A stretch of DNA of 24,000 bases from Dehalococcoidia bacterium (GCA_049513695.1 JBEKVW010000013.1:9977-33976); one strand, 5' to 3'. Shown: positions 7,721 to 15,386, numbered from the stretch's first letter. The notes: generated from the letters alone by a model not told the origin. Numbers and translations: made by a program.

Positions 7721-8362
7721 GTGGGGTTTGGGTTCTTTTTATTCGCCATCCTTCTTCTTATTTTGCTTGCCTTTACTGGTGTTTTTGGCAAATTCCCAGA
7801 CAGTTGGTCATGGACTGGAATTGTATTGGCGGGGCTTGGTATAGTCATGACAGCCCCAACCATATTCCAAATGATCTTGGGCGGTCCGCGTGTCGATGTT
7901 GATTTTCGCGATTATATGCAATCAGGCACTAAGTTATTACAAGTATTTTTCAATAATCCCCCAGTCACGAACCGAGTATGGCGGTTTCTTGGGGTTCATC
8001 GTGAGACGGTAGCTAGCCTCAGTGCCCAATTTCGCATTAGCGAAGTGGGGAGCGGAACGATTATTGTTCCTATCCATCAAGCACCCTTATATGCAGACGA
8101 TGCTGATAGTGATGCTTGTAGACAGCGGATTCCCTTACCTCCAACTTACAGTGTGGGCGCAACCGCGGCGATTATATTATGGGATACACCGAATAAATGC
8201 GCTGTTATTCCCCCGGATCGGTTGAGACAACCAATTATTCTAAAACCCGGATATTATCAGGCTCATATTCTATTATTGGTGGATGGCTTGCCTAAACAGG
8301 TTTTACGACGGTTTACCGTAGGGACAAAAGCTGACGATCTTACTTGGTCACGCAAAGCTTGA
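7721..8362 (+). CDS. Hypothetical membrane-anchored protein (paralog of 7064-7636)
   Basis: 213-aa ORF with two N-terminal hydrophobic segments (FFLFAILLLILLAFTGVF, IVLAGLGIVMTAPTIFQMIL) followed by a soluble domain collinear with the neighbour. Examples: FFNNPPVTNRVWRFLGVHRETVASLSAQ vs LQNLPVNNRFLKWINVERNTIQRLTLSA, and LLVDGLPKQVLRRFTVG vs ICADGKIIAARKRFIVA. GTG start, uncertain. Confidence 0.55.
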   Translation: MGFGFFLFAILLLILLAFTGVFGKFPDSWSWTGIVLAGLGIVMTAPTIFQMILGGPRVDVDFRDYMQSGTKLLQVFFNNPPVTNRVWRFLGVHRETVASLSAQFRISEVGSGTIIVPIHQAPLYADDADSDACRQRIPLPPTYSVGATAAIILWDTPNKCAVIPPDRLRQPIILKPGYYQAHILLLVDGLPKQVLRRFTVGTKADDLTWSRKA

Positions 8363-8507
8363 CTATTTCCGAAAATGTCCAAATATGATCGCTGATTCCT
8401 ACTGCCATTGCTGGGGTTCTTGGATGAGGATTAGCCAATGATTTGTGTGTCCGGGCAAAGTTGTAGAACGTGAAATGCAGAGCCAGGGCGTACCTATATC
8501 TTGAATC
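8340..8507 (-). pseudogene. Relic of a DDE-type transposase C-terminus (right arm)
   Basis: The minus-strand frame reads RYALALHFTFYNFARTHKSLANPHPRTPAMAVGISDHIWTFSEIVKLCVTK*. The YNFxRxHxxL...TPAMA...DHxW...E tail is a pattern I recognise from IS transposase C-termini; the family is uncertain, possibly IS1-like. The frame is closed by TAA at 8508-8510, so only about 55 codons survive. Confidence 0.6.
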
Positions 8508-8569
8508 TTATTTGAGAATCAATCGGTCTGCCGGGTAAACGACGCTAGAGGTTGTGCAGCACAACGAGA

Positions 8570-9937
8570 TCAGTTCTTCCAGCTCTTGACCAGGCTGGGG
8601 AGGTACGAGGGTATCTCGTTGGCCTCCCGAGGGCCGACTATGATTTCCCAGTCGGGCAATGCCTCGGTTAGCTCATGCCGTATGCGGGCCACCTTGCCGG
8701 GTATTACCAGCCTCCGGTGGTTGACCTTGCTCTCGATGCTGCATTTCTTGATGAAGGGGGCGATGTTGTCGCCGCTGAACTTGCCAGCCGCCCAGGCCGT
8801 CAGTACCCCCAGGCCGCCCGCCTCCTTGACGCACAGCCAGGAAGGGACCTTGCTGCTCTCTATCTCAGATGAGACGATAAAGTAGGTCAGCGCCCAGTTA
8901 GTAGTTATCAATACGGGGGAGCTGGCATCTGGGTTATTGATGGGGTAGACCTTCTCTTCCATGGACATGGGAATACGGGGATCCGTGTAAATATTCATCC
9001 TCTGCACCAGCAGCGGCAGCAGGGAATGCTCATCGATATCGGAAAGGACGATGATGCCGGCGTACTTGGTTATGAATGTTGAAGCCAGCAATATCTCGCG
9101 CTGCCTGTCCCCGGTCATAAAGCAGGGGAAGGCCACGGTGGGGTATCCCAGCGGCCTGAAGACCTGCTTGAGAGCCGCACGCCGTATGAGAGTCTGGTCC
9201 CTGATGGCCGACTGTAAATTCCTGGATCCCGGGTCCAGCAAAATATCCTCCAGCCCCGCTTCTTTGAGGCGGCTGGTCAGCGGCACCAGCGATTCCACAC
9301 CGGCGGCCTTGACCGCCACCACGGCGGGCCTGGCCTGGACGGCGCTAATGATTTTTTCCAGGTTCTGTGCGGTGACCGGGTATAGCACCGGCTTCCTCCC
9401 GGCACACAAATTGTGCGCATCCAGCAGGGCATCGGTATCGTCGGACATCAACATCAGGGGACAGTCGGTAACGGGCAATACTTTTTTAACCAGCGCTTGA
9501 TATGCAGCGCGGTCACCCGATGCGTGCCGCAGCGCCAGCATATCGGCCTTCAGCACCTTGCCCACCCAGTGAAACTGCAGCTCCTTCAGCTTCTTAATTT
9601 TGGCATCTACCGCGTCCGCCGGCTCGTCGTCCGAGATCAGCACCGCCATGCCCGGCTGGTGAATGAAGGTCTTCTCATGGCGGTAAAGCACCTGCTCGTC
9701 GCCTATAGTCAGGGCATTGGCGCCCATACCGACCGTAACCGGCTTGATGGGCGGGGAGAGGGCGTCCTCCAATTCGATCCTTACTTCGGGCGAAATATAA
9801 GGGCATCTATCGATGGCAATTCCGCCCGAAGCCAGCTTCATGGCAAATGCGAAACAGGTGGGCAGTCCGCACTCTTTACAGTTTTTCTTGCCGCCTTCGG
9901 GCAGCTTCTTAACTATATCTGTACCTTTGATCGCCAA
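8570..9937 (-). CDS. acsC: Corrinoid iron-sulfur protein, large subunit (AcsC / CdhE-like)
   Basis: 455 aa. N-terminal 4Fe-4S motif CKECGLPTCFAFAMKLASGGIAIDRCPY (Cx2Cx4Cx16C) followed by TIM-barrel and corrinoid-binding regions typical of the CFeSP large subunit. TTG start with AAGGAGAG upstream. 12 nt after the ACS stop. Confidence 0.9.
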   Translation of the reverse strand: MAIKGTDIVKKLPEGGKKNCKECGLPTCFAFAMKLASGGIAIDRCPYISPEVRIELEDALSPPIKPVTVGMGANALTIGDEQVLYRHEKTFIHQPGMAVLISDDEPADAVDAKIKKLKELQFHWVGKVLKADMLALRHASGDRAAYQALVKKVLPVTDCPLMLMSDDTDALLDAHNLCAGRKPVLYPVTAQNLEKIISAVQARPAVVAVKAAGVESLVPLTSRLKEAGLEDILLDPGSRNLQSAIRDQTLIRRAALKQVFRPLGYPTVAFPCFMTGDRQREILLASTFITKYAGIIVLSDIDEHSLLPLLVQRMNIYTDPRIPMSMEEKVYPINNPDASSPVLITTNWALTYFIVSSEIESSKVPSWLCVKEAGGLGVLTAWAAGKFSGDNIAPFIKKCSIESKVNHRRLVIPGKVARIRHELTEALPDWEIIVGPREANEIPSYLPSLVKSWKN

Positions 9938-9949
9938 GCGTCTCTCCTT

Positions 9950-11179
9950 TTAAACGGGCAGTTTAACCTCGCCCTTGACCCACGGGTGGCCCACGCGATC
10001 CAGGAACTCCCCAAGTTCCTCCACATTCCTGACGTCATTTTCCGTGGCTATCTTGTCGTATAAATCCATCGGGCAGGCGTCCCGGTAAAGCTCTTTGATG
10101 GCCTGCGGCATCCAGACGATCCTGTACCATCCGCCGTCGGCCTTGAGGAAGCTGGGTGAACGCAGGTATTCCAGAGCCATGCCCAGGTACCCTTCCACCT
10201 GGCGGCCCCCGCTGGTATCGCCGGCCATCTCGGTAAACGGCACGCCTACGACGGTGTCGCCCTCGAAATCACGGTTCACAATACCGAAGGCGTCAACCTC
10301 CGGTATATAGAAGCAGATGGACTGGAAGCAGCCGCAGGAGGTATGGGGATAACCAAAGGCGCTGTGTAAATACGTCTTATCATAGGCTCCCATCGATTTC
10401 TCCACGGCCAGCTTATTGACTCCCTCATATTCCCCCCTGATAGGGTCGATGATGAAGCCCTTCTTCACCCGCTGGATCGGCCCCTCGTTATCGAGCTGAT
10501 AGGCCGCCTTGCCGTCGAACCAGTTGATGGCGCCGCAGTTGGCGATGCGCTCCGGGGTAATGCAGCAGATATGGGTGGGAGCAAAGCTCTGGCAGAGGGC
10601 GCAGCTGTAAAACTCATCCACATCAGCCTCGCGCAGGCCGCGTATCTTTTCGTCACGGGTACGGTAAACCTCCATGGCCTTCTGCAGAAGCTCTTCGACC
10701 CTGGCGGGGTCGGTGATGATGGTGATCTGTATCTTTTCGATGATATCGATCTCGGACGTATAGAGGAAAATCAGAATCTCGCCAAGCGTCTTCAACGATT
10801 TCAGCCCTTTATTGAAGGACTCTTTTTTCAAACGCATCCAGACGTCCTGCCGCTGGTTCATATGGTAGAACCCCTCGATGTAATTCAAATATAGATGCAG
10901 GCGGCGTTCCAGGACCGGCTCTATATCCTTTTCCAGCCGCGCTCCCGCCACATCCACCAGCAGGGCGATAGGTTGGCTGCTGCCCTCAGGGATATCCGGT
11001 ATGTCCGGGCCGATTACCTCGACCTTTTCGTGCGTGACCTCTTCAGGCTTCTTAATCGTTACCAGCTCGAATTTGGACTTGACGTTGGGGCCGCCCAACT
11101 CGACCAACATGTCGGCCTTCCTGATGACCTCGCCCTCATATTGGGGCCCTATGTCAACCGGGAATACTCCGTCAGACAT
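9950..11179 (-). CDS. acsB: Acetyl-CoA synthase catalytic subunit, short archaeal CdhC-like form (lacks the bacterial AcsB N-terminal domain)
   Basis: 409 aa. It starts FPVDIGPQYEGEVIRKADMLVELGGP, like archaeal CdhC. A-cluster ligands are intact: CALCQSFAPTHICCITPERIANCG (Cys193, 196, 205/206, 215) and the Ni-binding HTSCGCF (Cys282-Gly-Cys284). Confidence 0.92.
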   Translation of the reverse strand: MSDGVFPVDIGPQYEGEVIRKADMLVELGGPNVKSKFELVTIKKPEEVTHEKVEVIGPDIPDIPEGSSQPIALLVDVAGARLEKDIEPVLERRLHLYLNYIEGFYHMNQRQDVWMRLKKESFNKGLKSLKTLGEILIFLYTSEIDIIEKIQITIITDPARVEELLQKAMEVYRTRDEKIRGLREADVDEFYSCALCQSFAPTHICCITPERIANCGAINWFDGKAAYQLDNEGPIQRVKKGFIIDPIRGEYEGVNKLAVEKSMGAYDKTYLHSAFGYPHTSCGCFQSICFYIPEVDAFGIVNRDFEGDTVVGVPFTEMAGDTSGGRQVEGYLGMALEYLRSPSFLKADGGWYRIVWMPQAIKELYRDACPMDLYDKIATENDVRNVEELGEFLDRVGHPWVKGEVKLPV

Positions 11180-11281
11180 ACCGCACCCGCCTTTTAGTTA
11201 ATATACGTTCTTCCATATCAATATTGACTATATATTATATCCGCAGGGATTGGGGTTATCCTAATGCCGATGGCCCGGTTT

Positions 11282-13576
11282 TCAATGGACGACCTCGTCC
11301 AGGGTCACGCTGGAAGGATAGGTGCCGATCAAAGTGGGCAGGGACAGCACCGGCTTCTCTTTCCAACCGGCCTCGTTCAGTTTTGCCTGCAGGTCTTTCT
11401 TATAGAAAATGGGTATATCCGAAGCTTTTCTCACGAATAGGCCCACATCTTCCGGCAACTTGCCGAAATACTGCTTGTGAAGTCCGATGTAATGGGTGAG
11501 CTTGGTCGAGCGCCCCTGCGGGGTATCGTTCTTGCGCATGCAGAGCCTGGCCAGCGCCACCATGGCGGCGCCCTTGTCGGCCAGCAAATTGAGCAAGTGC
11601 TCCGGAGACGGTTCACCGGTATCGACAGGCTTCTTCTCCCGGCCGTCCATCACGCTCCAGTCGGTTTCGCCCGGCCTGCTGAGATAAAGCCGGCCATATT
11701 TAATGCAGTGCGGCCCTACGATGACCGGTATGCCCAGCCGGTTGCAGCCGGTAGCCAGGGCCAGCTCCTCCTCGCCGCAGGCGCCCCAGGCCAACCCGCA
11801 GGCGCCGACGCGGTTGAGTATATAATCAGCGACCACTTCGTAGTTGGCCCTCAACGGCAGGGCGGCGAATATGCTGGCAATCTTGATGGCGGCCCCGGAT
11901 ATATGGGCAGCTGCTGTGCCGGACCCTATATTGACGATGCCACCAGCTTCGAAATCAGGCGGGTATTTCTCATAAATTGATTTATCGTCGGCATCCTTCT
12001 TCAATGCCGCGGCAATTGCAGACTCTCCTGCCAGCACCACCACGTATTTACGTTTGGCAAATTCCTCGGCTATCTCCGCGATATCGTCGGGCGACCCCGG
12101 ATAGTTCGAACTGCCGACGATGGCTATCACACCTGGTATGGTGCCCAGCACCAGCGGAGCGCCGACTTTCCTGATCTCCGTATCCATGACAGGGCCGCGC
12201 CCCACACGCATCTTGGCGGATTCCTGTCGCGCCGCCCCCTGCATCATGCGCAATACCGGCACCTGCCCTTTCACAGCGGCTTCGCATTTGCCGCAGCCTA
12301 TGCATTTTTCGAACACTTCTGCCAGCAGTCCGAACTCGTTATGCGCGGCGGCCTCGATGGCGCCGGCGATGGGCAGCTTGTTGGGGCAGGCTTCATCGCA
12401 CGGCTTGCAGGACTTATACTGGGCGGCCATCCCGGCCACCTCTTCCTGTTTTAAAATCGATTTCTTCCTGGAAGATGAGAGCTTAAGCGCAGCTTCCACG
12501 GCTACAGCAGCCGCCTTCCTGGGATCGAGCACCAGGGCCCCTTTCCCCTGATGAAGGTCGACCAGTATCTCCTCGGTATCCTTAGCCGTGACATCCGCGA
12601 ACCCATAAGCCGCCCGGGCATCCGTAGCAATGAAGGCCGCTCCACCGGCGGCCGTCTCGGCGGGTATATCCGTCAGCAAATTGCCGCCCCCGCACATCAC
12701 CACATCGGCCACACCCAGCCGCAGGATATAGAGCAGCCTGGATAACGGGCCTGCAATCCTGGCCCTGGAGCTGTAGCGAACCAGTTCGTGTCCTACCGGA
12801 CCCATGCCGGCCACCAGGACTTTATCCTCCAACCTGCTATTTTTAATGTAATCCACCAGGCAAACGGCCGAGACCGTATCGTTGCCGATAACAAGTATGA
12901 CCGGTTTGTCCATTGGAAGCGAGGCCCAGCCCACCTCAACCAGTGGCGTATCGGCATTGGAGGTCGGGAAGCCGAACCCGGATATCTGGGCGATATCCGC
13001 CGCCTCCATAGCTACATGGCTGAGCATGGAGGCCTGCAGCGCTTTGGACTCGAAATCCAGGTTGGAGCCTTCGATGCCCGTATTGGCTGCGGTAAGCAGC
13101 AGAGTAGTCTGATGCTCTATGTATGACAAAACCCTGTCCAGATCGCCCAGGGTGGCGGGCTTGAGTCCGATTACGGTCCTGATATGGGGGGCTTCGATGC
13201 TTACCTTATCGCCCGGCTCAAGGGTCATCTCCCTGCCTTTGACATCAATCAAATAGCCGACGATCCTCCTGGCCCTGGCCGTGGAAAGCGCTAGGCCCTC
13301 GCAGCACGACTGTAAATTGAGGCGCGCCTGCATGACGACGCCGTCTATGCCGCAGGAACCCTTCCTGCCGTCTGAGAGGTCGCATTCGCCGTAGGTACAC
13401 AGGTTACACCTGTCAGTGACGGGAACGTAAAGGGGCTTCCATGTCTGCAGCAGCCGGCGGTCCCAGTTCCTGAGATCGAGAATGCCGGGCAAGGGGGTGT
13501 GTCCTACCGGCTCCCAGCTGTCCTCGGCATGTATAAATTCCCGGGCTTCCCTGCCTTGCCGCTCTGTTTTAGCCAC
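11282..13576 (-). CDS. cdhA: CODH-fold protein, CdhA-like with ferredoxin-type insert; C-cluster and D-cluster ligands substituted (predicted non-catalytic)
   Basis: 764 aa. GTG start with AGGAGG 8 nt upstream. The N-terminus (HTPLPGILDLRNWDRRLL...RCNLCTYGECDL..GSCG) and overall collinearity match the archaeal-type CODH alpha subunit. B-cluster cysteines are kept. The HGHN, GICCTGNE, GCNN, TGC and GSC ligand motifs read VIGND, GMGPVGHE, VGSSN, LAGE and IGSGT (see findings). Confidence 0.85.
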   Translation of the reverse strand: MAKTERQGREAREFIHAEDSWEPVGHTPLPGILDLRNWDRRLLQTWKPLYVPVTDRCNLCTYGECDLSDGRKGSCGIDGVVMQARLNLQSCCEGLALSTARARRIVGYLIDVKGREMTLEPGDKVSIEAPHIRTVIGLKPATLGDLDRVLSYIEHQTTLLLTAANTGIEGSNLDFESKALQASMLSHVAMEAADIAQISGFGFPTSNADTPLVEVGWASLPMDKPVILVIGNDTVSAVCLVDYIKNSRLEDKVLVAGMGPVGHELVRYSSRARIAGPLSRLLYILRLGVADVVMCGGGNLLTDIPAETAAGGAAFIATDARAAYGFADVTAKDTEEILVDLHQGKGALVLDPRKAAAVAVEAALKLSSSRKKSILKQEEVAGMAAQYKSCKPCDEACPNKLPIAGAIEAAAHNEFGLLAEVFEKCIGCGKCEAAVKGQVPVLRMMQGAARQESAKMRVGRGPVMDTEIRKVGAPLVLGTIPGVIAIVGSSNYPGSPDDIAEIAEEFAKRKYVVVLAGESAIAAALKKDADDKSIYEKYPPDFEAGGIVNIGSGTAAAHISGAAIKIASIFAALPLRANYEVVADYILNRVGACGLAWGACGEEELALATGCNRLGIPVIVGPHCIKYGRLYLSRPGETDWSVMDGREKKPVDTGEPSPEHLLNLLADKGAAMVALARLCMRKNDTPQGRSTKLTHYIGLHKQYFGKLPEDVGLFVRKASDIPIFYKKDLQAKLNEAGWKEKPVLSLPTLIGTYPSSVTLDEVVH

Positions 13577-13588
13577 AGCATCAGCCTC

Positions 13589-14494
13589 CTAAATTTTTCC
13601 TTCTATGGCTTCCTTCAATAACCTGCAATTATCCGGGTGGCGCAATACCAGGATGTCTCCTCCGGCCAGCAGCAGGCTCATAGCTGTAACGCTTTCCCAA
13701 TGCATGCCCTGTTCCCGGTCGGCCCTGGCCTGGTTGGTCTTCCAGCATTCACCGCCCAGGTCGGCAATGATGGGCATCTGCATGGCCACATCGCCGAATA
13801 TAACTCCTATCTGCCGGGTGCGCTCCATGATGGTAAAGCTGTATTCCATGCCGTAACCCAGCGCCGAGCTCAGCGGGTCGATGACTATCCTCTCCGGCGG
13901 GAGCTGTTTCAACAATTTAACGTTAAGCTCCTTCTCCAGGTTGAGGTCGATGGGCGTCTGGGCAATGATGCAGTGCCCGTTTTCGGCCACCGCCCGGGCA
14001 AGGGCTTCGTAATTTTCTTTAACAGCGGGCCCCAGCAGGAGGTTCTCCCCTTTGCAGGCCACAGCCACCGCGGTGAGCACCTCAACATCCTTTTTATCAT
14101 CTCCACAGCCGTAGACGATCAGGGGAACATTCACCTTCGAGCTGACCTTCTTCGCCAGAGCGGCCGCCTCCGCTGCGGGGCGGTTCGCCCCCTGCGGGTC
14201 CGTTCCGTCAAGGTGCAGGCAGATTAGGTCAGCTCCCAAGCCGAGGCACTTTTGGGCCCATTTTACCGGATCAGAGACCACATCCTTATAAGGCTCCACC
14301 ACCCACTGAGCCCAGCCGGCAGCACCGTTATCATTAACTTCCAGCGCCACCAGCGGCCTGTTTACCACGCTGCCTTCAAAATAATGCAGGGGCAGGATAT
14401 TACCCCCGCCGATCTTCAGAGCACCCGCCCCTTTGCCCAGCGTTACTTCCTTGACCCTTCCAGTGTACGTCTCCAGAGGCGCTTTATAGTCCAT
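13589..14494 (-). CDS. acsD: Corrinoid iron-sulfur protein, small subunit (AcsD / CdhD-like)
   Basis: 301-aa TIM-barrel-type protein between acsE and the cdhA-like gene. The size, position and N-terminus (YTGRVKEVTLGKGAGALKIGG) are typical of the CFeSP small subunit. Only 13-nt gaps to its neighbours. Confidence 0.85.
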   Translation of the reverse strand: MDYKAPLETYTGRVKEVTLGKGAGALKIGGGNILPLHYFEGSVVNRPLVALEVNDNGAAGWAQWVVEPYKDVVSDPVKWAQKCLGLGADLICLHLDGTDPQGANRPAAEAAALAKKVSSKVNVPLIVYGCGDDKKDVEVLTAVAVACKGENLLLGPAVKENYEALARAVAENGHCIIAQTPIDLNLEKELNVKLLKQLPPERIVIDPLSSALGYGMEYSFTIMERTRQIGVIFGDVAMQMPIIADLGGECWKTNQARADREQGMHWESVTAMSLLLAGGDILVLRHPDNCRLLKEAIEGKI

Positions 14495-14507
14495 ATCTAT
14501 ACCTCAA

Positions 14508-15386
14508 CTAGGATTCCAGCCATGCGTGAGAATAGAGCGCTTCACCCATCAGCACCCTGGCCGTTTTGACATAGTTCTTCTCTTTCTCCGGCAACTCGGC
14601 CGCATCGACCGGTTCCCCGTCCATAACCTTATAAATAAGGCTGCGAATAGCCGACTGACCGTCATGATTCAGCTCGATCAGCTCCGGGTCGAGCACATCA
14701 GCAATGGCCGAATAAAGCCCATTCTTCTCCAGCATCAGCATATAGGTGCGGTTGAGGATGCCGCGCAGGTCGGGCGGCGTCCCGTTGGAGACGTTGGAAA
14801 GGCCGACTACCGACTTAACGCCAGGGAGCAGGTCGGGCAGTATCTTGATGAACTCCAGCGCCTCGCGTACCTGTTTCTGATCGGCGCTCACCGGCAGGAT
14901 AATGGGGTCAATCCAGATATCCTCGGTGCCGATGCCCAGCTCATTGGCGTAGGCCACGGTATCCATAACGCTCTCCACCCGCGAATCAACGTCCGGCGGG
15001 CAGCCCTGGTCGGTTATCACGGAGATTATCACCTGTGTACGGTATTTAACTGCCAGCGGCATCATATTCGATTTGCTTTCGGATTTCCCCGAGGCCGAGT
15101 TCAACAGTGGCCGCTTCTTACATATCTTCAAACCGGCCTCCATGGCCAGGGGATTCATGGTATCCAGCGAGATGGGCAGGTCGGCCACCTCCTGGACGGT
15201 GTTTACCAGCCAGGCTCCGACCACTTCAGGGTCTTTGCGGGCCGGGCCGAGGTTTAAATCGAGGTAATCTGCTCCCGCTTTGGACTGTTCCCTGGCAAGC
15301 GACTGGATAGGTGCAGCATCCCGGTTCCTGACCGCCTCGCTAACAACCTTCGAGATGATATGGATATTTTCGCCGATTAAGATCAT
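14508..15386 (-). CDS. acsE: Methyltetrahydrofolate:corrinoid/iron-sulfur protein methyltransferase (pterin-binding domain)
   Basis: 292 aa. It starts MILIGENIHIIS...AGADYLDLNLGPA, the typical start of MeTr/AcsE pterin-binding TIM barrels. First gene of the acs operon on the minus strand. Confidence 0.88.
   Translation of the reverse strand: MILIGENIHIISKVVSEAVRNRDAAPIQSLAREQSKAGADYLDLNLGPARKDPEVVGAWLVNTVQEVADLPISLDTMNPLAMEAGLKICKKRPLLNSASGKSESKSNMMPLAVKYRTQVIISVITDQGCPPDVDSRVESVMDTVAYANELGIGTEDIWIDPIILPVSADQKQVREALEFIKILPDLLPGVKSVVGLSNVSNGTPPDLRGILNRTYMLMLEKNGLYSAIADVLDPELIELNHDGQSAIRSLIYKVMDGEPVDAAELPEKEKNYVKTARVLMGEALYSHAWLES

Noticed and set aside
8551-8565. 15-bp palindrome GTTGTGCAGCACAAC just downstream of the acsC stop, as a Rho-independent terminator.
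   Set aside because: The usable stem is only about 5 bp, and no U-tract follows on the minus-strand transcript. This is not convincing as an intrinsic terminator.
11282-13576. Calling this ORF a functional CO dehydrogenase catalytic subunit.
   Set aside because: The fold and B-cluster motifs are present, but at least five of the six C-cluster ligand positions and both D-cluster cysteines are substituted. It is therefore annotated as CODH-like and predicted non-catalytic.
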